Source of the DNA: Vicugna vicugna
Lineage: Eukaryota
DNA length: 64,000 nucleotides
Assembly (NCBI GenBank): GCA_013265495.1
Contig: MU058584.1
Coordinates: 7,778,407-7,842,406, forward strand
Direction: 5' to 3'
The notes below the pieces were generated by a model. That model was given only the letters and a program-made list of their open reading frames with translations, did no database searches and was not told the origin of the DNA. Numbering within the stretch: the first letter of the stretch is position 1; each line of letters opens with the position of its first letter. Shown one piece after another: positions 1-13,809 of this stretch. The position numbers were made by a program, and so were the translations under genes.

Positions 1-2329
1 TTACAAACTGGTTATTATCTCCCTTAGCTCAGTTGTTCCTCATGATGACCCTAAGAGCATTATTTGATTAGTGATTTAGTAAGTCTTAATTTAAATGAAT
101 CTTCTTTTCCCAGACTGACAAAATGGGCATTTTTGCAAAATCTTTTAAGAAAGGGTGGTATAACTTTTTTACAAAGAAAGACACTGAGGTTAATGAAGGT
201 TTACTAACTTATCCAAGGTGTTGGAAGGGTCAAATGCAATAGTACCTGTAATGGAAGCTTCATGGACCATGAGATGTCATGTAAATCCAAGGATTTCATA
301 ATTACTAATACTAATATTAAATTATTGATAATGCAACAAATTTGGTAAATGTCATAAGAGAAAAGTACCAAGTGTACAGAAATATAGAGGAGAGGGAAAT
401 CAATTTAGTTAGGGATGATAAGGAACTTGGAAGAAGATCTGTCAAAATCAAGTGAGGAATGAATGGGTTAGATTCCAGTTTGATGATCTTCTAAATGACC
501 AGAGGAAAATTCTAGCAGTTGCCAGCCTTACTGGGCCTGGATGGGACGCACTCAGAGACAGTCCCTGCCCCCCCAACTTTCCAAGTGCTACACTGTCACT
601 AACGATGTCCCACCGTCATTTGATTACGTGATTGAGATAGTCTTGATCTACAACACTCCTTTCCCCAGATGGGCAAAGTGGACATATTGCCAATTCTTTT
701 AAAGGACTGTGGTGAGGATTAGTGAGATTATGCTTGTACAAGGCTTGTGTTTCTAAGTTAATATGCCGAGCAAACAATGAGTGTAGCATTATTTAGCCTG
801 ACTGACATTTATTTCAATAGTTACTCAGCAATAGTGACATCACGGGAAATAAGCCTGAAACTGGACCAGCTCTGAGCTTTCCAGCCACAAAAGTTAGTGG
901 GTGCTCCTTTACCTAAAAATGTAGTCACAGAATTAGATATTGCCAGTCTGCTCTGACAATTGTAAACAAGTTATGTCACATTTATATTCAGAGCACTAAG
1001 AGGTCCTGTTCCTGGTGGGTTTGGTGGGGGGCACCTTCTCTGCTTGAGTGGCCATCAAATAGTGTTCAGGCAGTGCCCCAGCCTGGGTAGCTTTGTCTCG
1101 AGACAGGAGACAAAAAGACTAGAAGCAACAGAGTTGACCCCAGCTCCCCAGCAACATCACGACCTGTTAAAGATGTAAGAGAGCTTTGTTTTACAGACTG
1201 CAGTATCTGAATTAAAAAGTGAGGCGAGGCAAAAGCTGCCCTGTAGGGTTGCAGTGGATGTAAAGGACAGGGAGTGGAGGGAGAGAACTGAACCACTAAC
1301 AGGGAATAATTCATTTAAGTCTCTGGGTTTGGGGTTATAGCGATCCAGTCTCTCTGTGTAGGACTCAGAGGTGCCAGTAGATTTTCCCAAGGGCTCCTGT
1401 CACCTACTTCCTTGAAAACCCCGCCCCTAAGGAACACTAATCTGGAACAACGGGATCAAAAGAAACTCCTAAAGTTCATTCCACAGCAGCACAGCTGGAT
1501 GGAGGGTGGGGCAGCTGGAGAGGACCTCATCTCTACAGCCAAAGGAGGCTGTGGGGAAAGAACCTACAACAAGGTGCAGCTGGAAAGTGACATGCCTATC
1601 TAGAATTTTTTATTCCTTGCTTCCAGTCGAATATAGTATCAAAGCCATTATCACCCAGACCTCTCTCTGCAGGCAGCATAATTGACAACCTCAGCTGCTC
1701 CTCGGGATCCCCCACCATGTTCCTGCTGAGGCCACACTTCCCACAGGCTGTTCCCAGCCACTGACAAAGCACACAGGGTGTAATGAGGCAGACCCATTCC
1801 TGCAGGACTTGGGACTCTTCCAACAGGTGACTTTGGCTCAAGGACATTTATCAGCTTGGCCAGACCTTTCTGGGAACTGTGCTGCAGTCCAAGATGCTTC
1901 CTACCCATTTCTCCTTCCTTCCTCCTCCTCCTCAAAGCTGTCAGACCTGCATCCGGGTCTGAAATCTCTCCCCAGCTTCTGCTCCTTCCCCCTTTATCCT
2001 TCACAGGCACTGACCCCACTAAATCTCTTTCACATCTAATTCTCTCTTGGATTTGCTGTCTAAGGGGACCTGAGCGAGCCCAACCATTTATAATAATGTA
2101 TCTACTGCATTCTCTGTGGAGGGTGCTACACCAAGACGGAGGGATGGAGGAAGCTATACAAAGAGATGCAGGCCACGGTGCCTACTCTTAGGGGGCCTTT
2201 CACTGAATAGGTATACCACAGGTACAATGGTGAGCAATAAAAAGAAGCAGGTGCTTCTAACACAATACCGTAATCACTTATTTACACGACTGTTTCCCTT
2301 TCTATATCTCAGTGGGACCCATGTCTTTT

Positions 2330-2565
2330 AACCTGTTAAGTCAAGACTCATTAGGGGGCTATAAAATCATAGCAGTGGGTCACAACCAGCATCATTTAAA
2401 ACAAAATAGAAGACATCAGAAGGCAGCATACATAATAAATACTATCTTGTGAAACTCTTGTGGCTATATACACATGTGCACACACAAATGTATGTGTGTA
2501 ATGGATTGTGATGTGAAATATATTTCTTACTGGAAAACATTAAGAAATTCTGAAAGCAACTGAAC
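2330..2565. mobile_element. Old hAT/Charlie-type DNA transposon fragment (subfamily uncertain)
   Basis: Similar, in opposite orientation, to 20575-20880 (gtgggtcacaaccagca...gtgatgtgaaatatatttcttac). Confidence 0.45.
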
Positions 2566-2687
2566 TAGATCATGAGCTTCCCGAGGATAAGGACGGTGTC
2601 CTTTTTCAGGGCTGTAGTCCCAGTGTCTAGAGCAGTGCCTAGTTACATGTAGGGACTCACTAAGTATTTGTTGACTGTGTAGAGTGT

Positions 2688-3194
2688 TTTGACGATTGAT
2701 TTTAGATGTCCACCCAATTGGGCTTAGTGATGCCCAGATAGCTGGTAAAACATTATTTCTGGATGTGTCTGTGAGGATGTTTCTGGAAGAGATTAGCATT
2801 TGAATCGATACAGCTGAGTAAAGGAGGTCACCCTCACCCATGGGAATCATGCCGTCCACTGAGGGCTTGAATAGAACAAAAAGGTAGAGGAAGAGTGAAT
2901 CTGGTCTCTGCTTCATCTGGAATATCCATTTCCTCCTGCCTTCAGACATTGGTGCTTCTGGTTCTTGGGCCTTTGGATTTGGACTTGGACTTGGACCATT
3001 GGTTCCCCCGGTTCACAGGCTTTTGGCTCTGACTCCACCACTGGCTTTCCTAGGCCTCCAACTGGCAGATGAAAGACTGTGGGATTTCTCAGCCTCTTTA
3101 ATCACATGATTCAATCCCTTGTGAATAAATCTCTTTCTAAATATCTCTGTGTCTCCTCTTGGTTCTATTTCTCTCAGGAAGACTGACTAATTCA
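2688..3194 (+). mobile_element. MLT2 (ERVL) solo LTR
   Basis: Typical MLT2 segments: tgcccagatagctggtaaaacattatttctggatgtgtctgtgagg, gagattagcatttgaatc, AATAAA, ending ...ctgactaattca. Confidence 0.85.
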
Positions 3195-6100
3195 GTGCTG
3201 AGTAAGATAAAGACAGTCACTTCAAAGAGGAGAGAAAACCTGAGTTAGACCTTGATAAAAGGGTTGGATTTAGAAAAATGGAGAGGATGAGGAAGAACAG
3301 GCAGGGGGCATAATGTGAGCAGAGAATCAATGGTCAAGATGCTCGTGATATATTAGGGAACTTGAGTAGACCAGTTACTTTTGGCTTAGTGTCCATCAGT
3401 GTGGAAAGAAACAAGGGGGAAAGAAGTTAGCCAGAAATTTATGTCAAAATGGCCAACACATTTCTCCAAGAATATTTTTTTTTTGCAATGATAAGGTGAT
3501 AAGGTAATGATGATGGTGAGAAAATCACACCCAGAACTTACACAAGGCATCTTTCAAAAGTCTCAAAGCATGTTAATATGCTGCATTATTCACCTTCTTG
3601 ATACTTCTGTGAGGCAGATACAGGGAGGTTATCAATCAGCTCTATTATCTAGGTAGGGAAACCAAGACAGAGGCAGTGAGAGCATCTTAATTACATATCC
3701 CTACAGTGAGCCAGCTGGAGTTCTTTGTCTGCAATGCAGTTGCTCAATTTCAGCTACCTCTTCTAGGCCAATCTCTGTTGTTAATGTGTGTCCCAATTCC
3801 CATTCTGTATAAGCTGTAGATGTTTGTCTCTTCCAGCCAACTAACTGGATTTGAAGCCCTTGGAAAGGTGGACTGGCTATGTCTCCTCTTTTAGTCATGT
3901 ACAAACATTTCTCACTGACACCCAAAATGAAATCTTTGTGTCTAAAGGTAAAAGAGCCAAATGACACATGGGTCTTAAAGTGGATTTCCAGTCTAATGTA
4001 GGTTCATTCTGTAAGTCTCCTGAGGTCTTCTGCCTTTGAATTCCACCAGTTTCTCTCTTTTTGGGCTATTCCTTTGCCCCACATTCCCCTTCCCCCACCA
4101 CCAACAAGATACAATACATAATCCCAGACAGTGATTACCAAATCTAGTGAAAAGTTGAATTGTCCACAAACCTCCTTAACTTTTACTCTTCATGGCCCAC
4201 TGTAGCAGACTTTATCTCCAACTCAAGAGCTCCATAAGCATCATTTTACTTACCCTAGGGCAGATGCAGGGGTCAGTTACAGTTTCTTTTGGTTTGCCCA
4301 GAGCTCAGTTGAGCAACAGCCTACATTTTCAGCTCTTCAAGGTCACCTGAGCTTGCCAAGAATTTCCTAGTCATATTTTGCCTCTTCCTGCTCTACAAAG
4401 CCAATCAATATTCCTGCCAGTGATTGAATGTAGACCTCTGTTGTGTTGGGCTCATTCAAGTTAAGTCAACAAGATGTGCAATGACATGATTGGCTGTGGC
4501 TTGTACTTTATTTCCTAGCTGTCCCTAGGCTAAATTGGCCATGCTTAATGCTAACAGGGGTGGCAGAAAGTATCAGAAAAAGCAAGAACTCTGTAGTCCT
4601 GCTGGGTTTCCAGTTCTGTTGTGCCTACTGGCTTGTAACCATGGACTTGGCCTTTAGATAACCCCTATGAGTCTCGGTACATTGCTGTAGTCTTTGCCTA
4701 CAGTGCCTTGCAGAATCCTAGACACAAAGTACATCCTCTGTTAGTTCCTGGGGACTTGATTAGACTGACCTCCTATAGGACACTGTAGCAAGCTGAAAGC
4801 GTCTTCTGTTCCAAGCCATCGCTAAGCTAAAGACACCAGGGAGAAAACGAGACCCTGGCCATCAGAATGGCTTCTGCAGCAGTTGAACTCTGGTTGTTAC
4901 TTTCTTTCCTCTTCCTGTTCTCCCAGGACTTCCTCCTACCTGATAGCCTACTCTCTGGAGTTGAAAGAACTTAGAGGCTGCTCTGATGTCACAGGGTGGG
5001 TCACACTCTCAGGGAAACTCCTGAAGATTATATCAGAGCCCTGCTCCTCCTTTATGACACCGACAGTGACTGGAATAGGAAGCAATGGAAACCTGAAAGG
5101 AACATTCATACCTCTAAAGCTAAGGCCAAGTGAGAGGGCCCCGGAGGGACATGGGACCATCTGGTACTTACAGGGGAGGCAGTGGTGGAAGGGCAGCAGT
5201 CCACGGCCCTGGGGCAACTCAAGGATGACAGCCTGGCCCATCCCTTCCTCACCAGCTCTCCCACCACATATGTGCCAAGATCCAGACATGCTGGGCTACT
5301 TGCAATTTCCTGAAAGTGCCTGCCTGCCTCTTTTTTTTTTTTTTTTTTTTTGCCTCTAGGCTTTTATCTGTGCTACTGCTCTGTCCTCCTAGATGCCCTT
5401 CCCATGCCTGACTTCCTGCTGCTTATCCTTTTGGGCACAGCTTGGTGTCAGCTCCCCTCCTCCTGTTAGTCTTCTTCCTCATCACCATCCCAGACAATGT
5501 TCTTATAAGACCTTCCCCCAATCTTTCCACGTCACAAGCGATATTGTAATTATTAATTTACAATCACAATTGGCTGTTCCCAGGACGATGATGACAATGA
5601 AATCATAGATGCCATCTATGGGGTGTTAAAGATGAACCAGTCATAGTCCCTGCTCGCAAGAAAAATCGCACAGAGGAGGTGACCCCCTGGTAGAAGTTTT
5701 AGGGAGGAATAGTTCACAAGACAGAACTTGGAGGGAAGGAGACCTCTATAGCTAATTGTATCAGGGTCAAGATTAATTCAGAAACTTTAGAAGATATGCT
5801 TAAACAAAAGCTGAATAATTACTCTCATCCCTGGACAAGACGCATCAGGCCTCACTGCCTATAGAGTGAAACAACAGATCACCCATCATAATGGATCTCC
5901 TTGCCTGTGTTGGAGATACCCTGGACTTCATTCCCAAACTTTCTCAGATGTGGGGATTCAAGAATAATCAAGGTTGTGGTAAGACACAGAGAAGAAACAA
6001 AATGATAGAACACTGGAAAAATAACATAATTGGGTAGGTAACTTCAGGGGAATTTGTAATGGAAGAGGGCTGGCAGATCATGGCATGGATTCAACAAATA

Positions 6101-6789
6101 AGCTATGTATTTGCTTTGCAGAATTTATGTTACTAATTAGTGTCAAGGTAATCTAAATGAAATATTTTTAAAAAGCTGACATCTAGATTCAAGTTTTTGA
6201 TTAATGTGTTATTAAGTTTGTTTAAATCTTTGTTTATAGTGTCTAATTATAATTTGACCCAAGACTAAGCCTGGTAACATTGAACATTGAATGATGAAGA
6301 TTTATTCTTGATCTTCTTTTCCTACAACCCCTTTTAGTCCTTCACTCCCCTGCATCTTTGGGCACCAAAAAAAACCTGCCTGCCTTGGTGAGAATCCTGT
6401 GGTCCAAACCTCTCCCTGCCCAACACACACCAACAGCAATTGGGTTCTGGAACTAATTTCAACACCACCCTGTTCTCCACTGAGGAAGAGAACCGATGAT
6501 TCAACAGCAGCAGAGCCTCCCTTAAGGAAAAAAATGGAGCTGGTCAAGACTCAGAGATGGATTTAAAGAGCTAGGTGGAGAACCAAGGAAGCCAAAGGAG
6601 GAATGAGATTAAAAAAGGAGGTGGTGAACTGCTAGGCCAAATACTGAAGAGATCTCTGGGACAACTGAGGAGAGTTGGTTTAGTGATTAGAATGGATGAG
6701 CGGAGTAGAATGAGAGGAGGAAAAACAGAATGCAACATGCTAAGGAAAAATAATCAGCCATGCAGAAATGGAGACAAGGTTATAAAAAT

Positions 6790-7030
6790 AATGATGGTAA
6801 CCAGTGTTTACAGGGGAGCTTAGCTGTGTGTCTAGTATTCCACTAAGCACTTCACACATATCTCCTTCCAGAGACCCTGTCGAGTAGGTACTATCATTAT
6901 CCCCATTTTAGATGAGCAAATTGCAACACAGACTGGACAGTAATTTATGCAAGTTAATTTACTGCATTAATGATGATTTGGAACTGAGGAAGCCCAGATT
7001 TAAACTCAGATCTGTACAACTTTTGACTGC
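6790..7030 (-). mobile_element. MIR SINE
   Basis: gtaggtactatcattatccccattttagatgagcaaa MIR core. Confidence 0.7.
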
Positions 7031-7619
7031 CAGGGTATTGTGCCTCTCACTCTAGGTTTGTTTGGTTCAGAGAAAAGAAATAGTTTTATCTGTATCTCAC
7101 GGGGAGAATGTGTTTGGGGGGAAATTTTGTTAAGACACGGATGATATAAGGATATATGTGAGCAGATAGGAAAGGGGCAGGGGAGATGGAGGTCAAAGGT
7201 ACAAAAAGATGAGTTCTAATGGAACTGGTGGAAACTTGCAATTGATGGGATAAAATTTCCCAAGGATAGAAAGGGCTCTGATTACAAACACAACTGGACG
7301 AGTAAAGACATAAGAGAAGGAAGAAAATGGTTACTGGGTTTGATGATCAGGAAATAATTTTGTTTGAAGTAGCTTTAAAAGTTAGATTTCACAGAGGAAG
7401 TCAGTTGTTAACAAATATTCAGTTATTTCTCAGATGAGTTACGCATCCTGTCAAGTAGAGTCAACAACAGCATGGCTTGTCATTTCTAATTATTTTCTAG
7501 ACACTGATTATAATGATGAAAAACAGTTTTATCTATCAGTACTCCATCATGTAAAATACTTACATTTTGCTCTGTTCATCTGAGATGTTATATTCTTCTG
7601 GTTGTCTCTGGATTGGTAG

Positions 7620-8125
7620 GTCATGTCAACTGGAATTCTTTTGATTTCAAGGGTTAGGAACCTAACTGGAACTAGCTTAGGTAAAAGAGGATTGCCTTGT
7701 CTCATACAGGCAGACCCCGAGGAAGGACAGCTAGGTAGCCAGCCTTGGGAGAACTGGAATCAGGGCTTGAATAGCAGCAGGATTCTCTATCCCTTATCTC
7801 TGTTTCTCTTGGCTGCTAACTTCATTTGCTCCTACTGCATGCTAGAAGCTGTCCCCTGGGTTCAATCTCCATCCTTTCCCTACCAGAAAGAAAAAAAAAA
7901 GGGTGCTTCTCCCAAACCTTAGTGTGAAGATCCCAGGGAGAGGCTCAGAGGGCACTGACCTGGGTCATGTGCCCACTCATGAGGACAACATTGACTCGGG
8001 GAATGAGGTCAGCTTCCATCTAGACAGCTTGGGGCCAGGTGTCAACTGGGGAAGTTCATTTCCTCTAAAAGAAGGAAAGGCTGTTTCCAGAAGAAAGAAG
8101 GGGTGATGGTCAGAAACAAATAATA
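7620..8125. mobile_element. Old MaLR LTR (MLT1K/L-like)
   Basis: aactagcttaggtaaaagagg...gggtcatgtgcccac...ccagaagaaag segments. Confidence 0.55.
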
Positions 8126-9611
8126 AAATTCTACTACCTAAATGGAGTCGGTTCTTTTACTGATGGGGAGAGTGAGGCATAGAGGCATGGAAAATAATCA
8201 ACTCTTAGTCTTCGTGAGTGAGAGCTGACAACAGATATGGTTCTCTCCACTAATCTTGTTGCTAAATTATGCCGGCTGTTGGGTTGAAAGTTGGATTTGG
8301 TTTTAGTTGTCATTATTGCTGGTCTCCATTTGTATTTTTTGCGAGCAAACAGCATTAGGTAACTAGGAGTACGTATTTCTGGATGTATCCTCCCTCGAGA
8401 GTCAGCTTCCCACAGAAAGTAGTAGGAAGATAATCACAACAGGTTTACTCTGAGCCAGCAAGTCTCTGCTTGCTTCAGGCCTGTCTTTGCCTGGACTGTT
8501 CATGGTAATCTCAGAGAGAGCCCCACCTGCAGAGTCATAATGAGTGAGCGAAGGAATAGGAAACTTCAGCTCCACCTGGTCTGCTGACACAAGCCCGTGA
8601 GCTATCCTTTCATCTTTCATGGTTCATTTAAAGTGAGGACTTGCTTCCTCCTCAGTCCTGAGAATCTAGACATTTAGACCCTCTAGAATATGGACATCAT
8701 ATGTCTAATTTGAATCTCTCAACTTTAATTATTTTAAAGGAATTGGCATATTTCACATAGCTTAAGGATATCTTTCTCCTCGTTAACAAAAGGAATTTGC
8801 AGGAGTAATTATTGGATGCTTAGAAGTAAAGCAGAACATAAGGATGAACATTGTAGGCAGAGCTCTTAGAAATATATACATGTGGAAGGCAGGCACCTTG
8901 GACTTAAAGAATTACCCTTACATCTAATTTATTGTGTGCAGACCTTACGCTGGAAGGCTGAAAAGATTAATTGAGAGAAACTCAACAATTCATTGTTTCA
9001 ATATTGATAAAATGAAAGGAACTTTTTTGTTAACCTCCAGATTAACACACAAAACATGTTCCTCAAGTAGCTGAATGGCTTTTAAGACTGAGAATAATCC
9101 TAATGGATGTTTTTCAAGTATTTTGTGTTCTCTTCCACCCACTGATTCAGATTCAGATTCAACCAATGTTCGCAACTGACTGCTCTGTTCTGGCACTTTG
9201 CTAGATGCTCTGATTACCTCATTTGATTCTCACTTCAACTTCAGAGGAGTCTCACCCTTCTCATTTTACAGACTTAGGGAAATTAAGAGCCTTAGGTAAG
9301 GCCCCATCAGTGTTGAGTGAGGAGCTGGGGTTCTGGCATCAGAATCTGGGTTTTTTTTCTCCTGATACCATGACCTGTGCTGCTTCCTCTGACCCGTGTC
9401 CCCATTTTCATCGCAGTCAGTGAGTTGTATCAACATTTAGACATTAAATAGCAATAGGAGTGGGAGTGAGGAGGAAGAGTCTTTCATTGCTAATTATAAT
9501 CTTAAGAATAGAAACACAGTTTGCAGAGAAAGAACAAAGAATAGAGCCATCACAATTGGAGTAGTCATGAAGCACGATATAAAACCATCTGTTCTTTCCC
9601 ATGTCCTCGTA

Positions 9612-9612
<1 letters not shown>

Positions 9613-9638
<26 letters not shown>
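9613..9638. repeat. (TG)n microsatellite
   Basis: Read directly from the sequence. Confidence 0.9.
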
Positions 9639-9645
<7 letters not shown>

Positions 9646-10884
9646 TTGCAGTGTAAATAAGTTCAAGGTGTGAAAGATGAAACACGGCAGGTCTGAATTA
9701 CAGGGTTGTACAGGGAGGGGCTATCCCTCGGATCGGAAATTTATTTACTCACCAAAAGCCTCACGTAGCGTGTGTTCAAAGACAGCTGGGTCTTGAAAGA
9801 AGCGATATCACACTGGTGATATCAGAGGGCTATGCAGCCATGTGAGACCTTAAGATAAACACTCCTTCGGAGCAGCCTGCCCCAATCAATACGCAGTTTG
9901 CCAACTACGCATGAAATGTCCTTTGGCAAATGAAAAGGTTCTCTTGGGGAAACACTGGATGGATACACACTGGTATTTTTACCAACAGTTAAAATAGAGT
10001 TATCAAGTGGATTATTAAGGAACAAAAATCAATTATCCCTAAACACATCACCCTAATGGGTTAAGCTAGTTTCACTTTCGTGTGTTCCCTTCCTGGGGAC
10101 ATCACTGTCACTAGGGTGCGTCACATTGGCTCCTGTGGTTTCTTTCCATGGATGACAATCTGTAAGAGTTGGAATACCTGACCTTGTGTTTTATTTCGCA
10201 CGGCCTTGGCCCTCAGCAGCGTGGTTGCGTGGTGAGATTGTCCTTTTATGCACTCTCTGGTGGTGTTTGGATGTGCAAACAAACAGACTAAGAAAAAAGT
10301 AAGTGTGCGAAGGAAGGGCCATTTCTCTGTCACCGTGGCTCTCCCCAGTCACTTCTGGTACAGGAGGAAGACCTTGGGGGCTGCTTCCTGATTATGCATT
10401 TTCAGTTTCTTAAGCAACTGCAACAGGAAAGCATGAGACTAGGTCTTATTTCCTAAGACACGTTATTTTTGTCATCCCATTGCTCCTATCACTATTCAGC
10501 TTCTACCTTTTTACACTTTTAAAGAAATCCTTTTTGCTTGAAGAAAAAAGTCATGCCAAAAACTGTACATTCACTGCTGCCAGTAAAAGCAATAAAAAAG
10601 GAAAAATATATAGGATCTCCTCCACAGTTCACTAGGCTGCTTTCAACTATAGGTCAGCCCTTCAGAGCTTGTTCTTCTGGGGACAGGCAGGAGGACAGAG
10701 GAATGGCTTTTTCCAGAGGGTCACCATGAAGAATGAATGCAAAGTAGCAGGAATTGCCCCACTCCGAATCACCCCTCGTCTCCTTTCCCCTGCTCCCCCG
10801 TCTCTCCTCTTTTTCTCTCTCCCTGTCCCTTTTCATGTTCTCCCTCCTCCCCACTCTCTCTTAGGTCCTTTTATCTGGATAGTA

Positions 10885-11023
10885 TTTTTTTTAACCATTT
10901 ATTTATTTTGTTAGTGGGGCAGTAATTAGGTTTATTTATTTTTAAAGAAGGTATTGGGGATTGAACCCAGGACCTCATGCATGCTAAATGTATGCTCTAC
11001 CACTTGAGCTATACCCTTCCCCC
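10885..11023 (-). mobile_element. tRNA-derived SINE (camelid vic-1-like)
   Basis: Reverse complement reads GGGGAAGGGTATAGCTCAAGTGGTAGAGC...GGTCCTGGGTTCAATCCCCA, with A and B boxes and an A-rich tail. Confidence 0.88.
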
Positions 11024-12734
11024 GGACAGATTTTTAATATTGTAAGAACCTTAAGACGAATGAAATATGATTTGAGTGTTCTGATGACCTCAGAGGAAGG
11101 GTCTTTGGATCTCCTAGTTCTCTCCTAACTAATGTCTTCTCTGGGAGCAAACTGTTCATCCGTCAAGCAAATTAGCTCTTCTCCAGCAAGGTAACCATCT
11201 GCTGATCTTCAAGAGGTAAGACTTTTCTTTTTTTCAAGGTTAAGGCCAAGAATCCGTATTGGCTCCTCTCTGGAAGGAAGTGGAAACAGTCCCACCCAGG
11301 AATGCTGACCTTGGACAAAGAGGAACGCAGTACTACTTGGGGGAGGTTGAGGGGGCATTTGATGCCTCTGTAATCTGCCCCGAACTGCCTTTTCAGCCTC
11401 GTTGGCTACAACCCCCTGACAGGTCTGCAGCCTTCTCGAGGTAAATTGAACATCTTTCTTCTCCCCTGGTATATGAGGCCAGACCTTAGCCAATATGTTC
11501 TTCCCACTGCCTGGAAAGCGCCATCCCACACACAGCGAGCAGCTCACGTGCCCTTTCTGCCGGGAGGGTGCATCTGTCCTTTAAGGTGCAGTCCTGGGCC
11601 CATCTCTTCCTCTGCCTTCCTTGAGTAGCTCAGCTTGTCCCATTGCTTCTCTGAACACCTACAGCACTTACCCTGAGTCAGGCAGAAGTTCATCTCCATG
11701 ATGAAAACATACTGGCACCGAAATGGAATATGACACTCTTGCTAAAATTGAGCAGGCTTTGAAAAAGTGGTGTGTGTATGTGTGTGTGTGTGTTTGTGTG
11801 TCTGTGTGTGTCTTAGTGATGAGGCTGAAGGCTGAGAGGGTGGGGAGAAGAGATGATGAGTACAGAGAGTATAAGCAGAGAGAAGTGATGAAAATAAAAT
11901 ATTGCCTTCTGGTCCTGATCACGTGTCTTTCAGAGCCCATCCTCTTCCATAGCTGTGCTAATTCTCTCTCTCTCTACTCTGGCTGGCATCCAGGAGCTGT
12001 CATTTTTGTAGATGGTAGAAACTCACCAAGGCTTCTCAAACTCCTGTTCAATATGTTCAGTATTTAAAAAACATCTTTTCAATTTGGAGAGACCACTGTA
12101 CGTGTGCACGCACACACACACACACACTATACCTCAAATGCCAAAATGTCCACTAAATTGTACTTAACTTCCTAAGTACTGCTGCTTTTGGCTCCTTCTG
12201 CATCTTCTTGGCCAAAACTAAAAACCGAATAGTTTATATTCTTCTCCCTTCCCTTCTCCAGCCTTTTCCTGGAAGTTCTAACTTGGTATCAGAACAGTTT
12301 CAGACAGTCTCCATCGCGTCCTGTAGTCTGGTCTGCACTTGACACTGAAGCCTTTGACACATCAAACAAAGCTGCCCAGAACTTTTGTTCTCTAATGTGT
12401 ACCTACACATCTTTACAAGCTCATAATAATATACTCTGTAAATAAAATGTGAATGTTATAAAGCATTTTTGAATTACCCAGTTTTGCTTCTCTAGTAAAG
12501 ACATAATTGTGAAGGATAATGGAAAAGTTGTAGACCTTGTAATACATTTTTCAGATAAAATCCTAAAGGTATTCATATATGTCCATATAAATATGTATAT
12601 TCATAGCCACAGCTATACACATGTCAGACATGATAGTAAATAACTCATGTGGTTTTGAGATGAAAGAACAATGAAATAAACATCGGTAGTACTAGAAATG
12701 AAACTTTCCTTCCCTCCTTCCCTTCTTCCCATCT

Positions 12735-13060
12735 TGTCCTTTCTTTCAACAAATATGTAGTATCTGCTACATACGTATTTGGTGCTGTAAGGAATAGAAA
12801 GATTAAAACACTGATCTCTGCTCTGAAGTGACTTTCAATCTTGTTAGGAGGACAAGGCATAATGAAAAAGATTATATGATATAGACATGAAAAGATTAAT
12901 ACATAACACATCATGAAACAATATGTGATTATACAGCAGACAGGCGGTGTTTGCGATTAGCGCTATGGTTTTGAGGTAGATATCTCTGTGGGTTGGGTGG
13001 TCCTGGCAGGCTTCCAAGAGGAGGAGGAGCTTCAGTTGGGCAGAAAAGAGAAGCACAGGA
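12735..13060 (-). mobile_element. L2 LINE 3' fragment
   Basis: ttcaacaaatatgtag...tctctgctctgaag...caggcttccaagaggagg pattern. Confidence 0.55.
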
Positions 13061-13158
13061 CAACTAAACTGAGCAGTGGATTAAAAGACTAAGCATGTGG
13101 GATTCAAATGTTGTATTGATAATGTGATCTCAATGATGCTTTTAGAAGAGATGCTTAG

Positions 13159-13312
13159 AGGTTGGGGAGGTAGAGCTCAGTGGTAGAGTGCCTGCTTAGT
13201 ATGCATGAGGTCTTGGGCTCAACCCCCAGTACCTCCAGCAAAATAAATAAATAAAAATCTAATTTCGCCCCCCCAGAAATAAAGTAAAAATATTTTTTAA
13301 TGTTAAAAAAAA
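13159..13312 (+). mobile_element. tRNA-derived SINE (camelid vic-1-like)
   Basis: GGGGAGGTAGAGCTCAGTGGTAGAGTG...GGGCTCAACCCCCAGTACC plus A-rich tail; possible target-site duplication AGATGCTTA / AGATTCTTA. Confidence 0.85.
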
Positions 13313-13461
13313 CCCAGATTCTTAAAAAAAAAAAAAAAGAAAGAAAGAAAATATAGAAAAATACTGACTGTGGTTGACTTTGAGCAGTGGGATTTTTGTC
13401 TTCTTGATATTTGTCTGTATTTTCCAAATTAACTATCATGAATCTTAAAAAAATAATATGT

Positions 13462-13584
13462 GGGGAGGGTATAGCTCAAGTGGTAGAGTGAGTGATTAGC
13501 GTGCACCAGGTCCTGGGTTCAATCCCCAGTACCTTCTCTAAAAATAAATAAATAAATAAACTTAATTAACATCCCCCCAAAAAG
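13462..13584 (+). mobile_element. tRNA-derived SINE (camelid vic-1-like) with 15-bp TSD
   Basis: GGGGAGGGTATAGCTCAAGTGGTAGAG...GGTTCAATCCCCAGTACC; flanks AAAAAAATAATATGT (13447-13461) and AAAAAAAGAATATGT (13585-13599). Confidence 0.9.
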
Positions 13585-13809
13585 AAAAAAAGAATATGTA
13601 ATGAAACCTTTACAAAATCATGCATCAATTTCTGTCGACCTTTTGCTCACAAATTTTCTAGCAATGATACAGGATTCTCTCTCCTAGCTCATGTTTATAA
13701 CAAACCAATTATTTTCCTCACAGATATGTGGAAGCAATTTCCATGATTAACGTTTCGTTTGATATGTTAGGTGACTTTTGTGTTCTCTTCCTTTCATATT
13801 GGCCATTGT

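Noticed and set aside
34..68. Short peptide containing DDPK, reminiscent of the gene that neighbours SUCO in human (C1orf105)
   Set aside because: Only four residues match, a stop follows quickly, and there is no convincing exon structure.
9804..9823. Hairpin GATATCAC-actg-GTGATATC
   Set aside because: An 8-bp stem is expected by chance in 64 kb, and there is no supporting context.
10770..10864. Long polypyrimidine tract ending in AG
   Set aside because: Low-complexity sequence followed by a SINE tail, with no exon or donor support.
13462..13535. tRNA-like sequences (also about 10950-11023 and 13163-13237)
   Set aside because: A-rich tails, target-site duplications and degenerate stems indicate SINEs, not tRNA genes.
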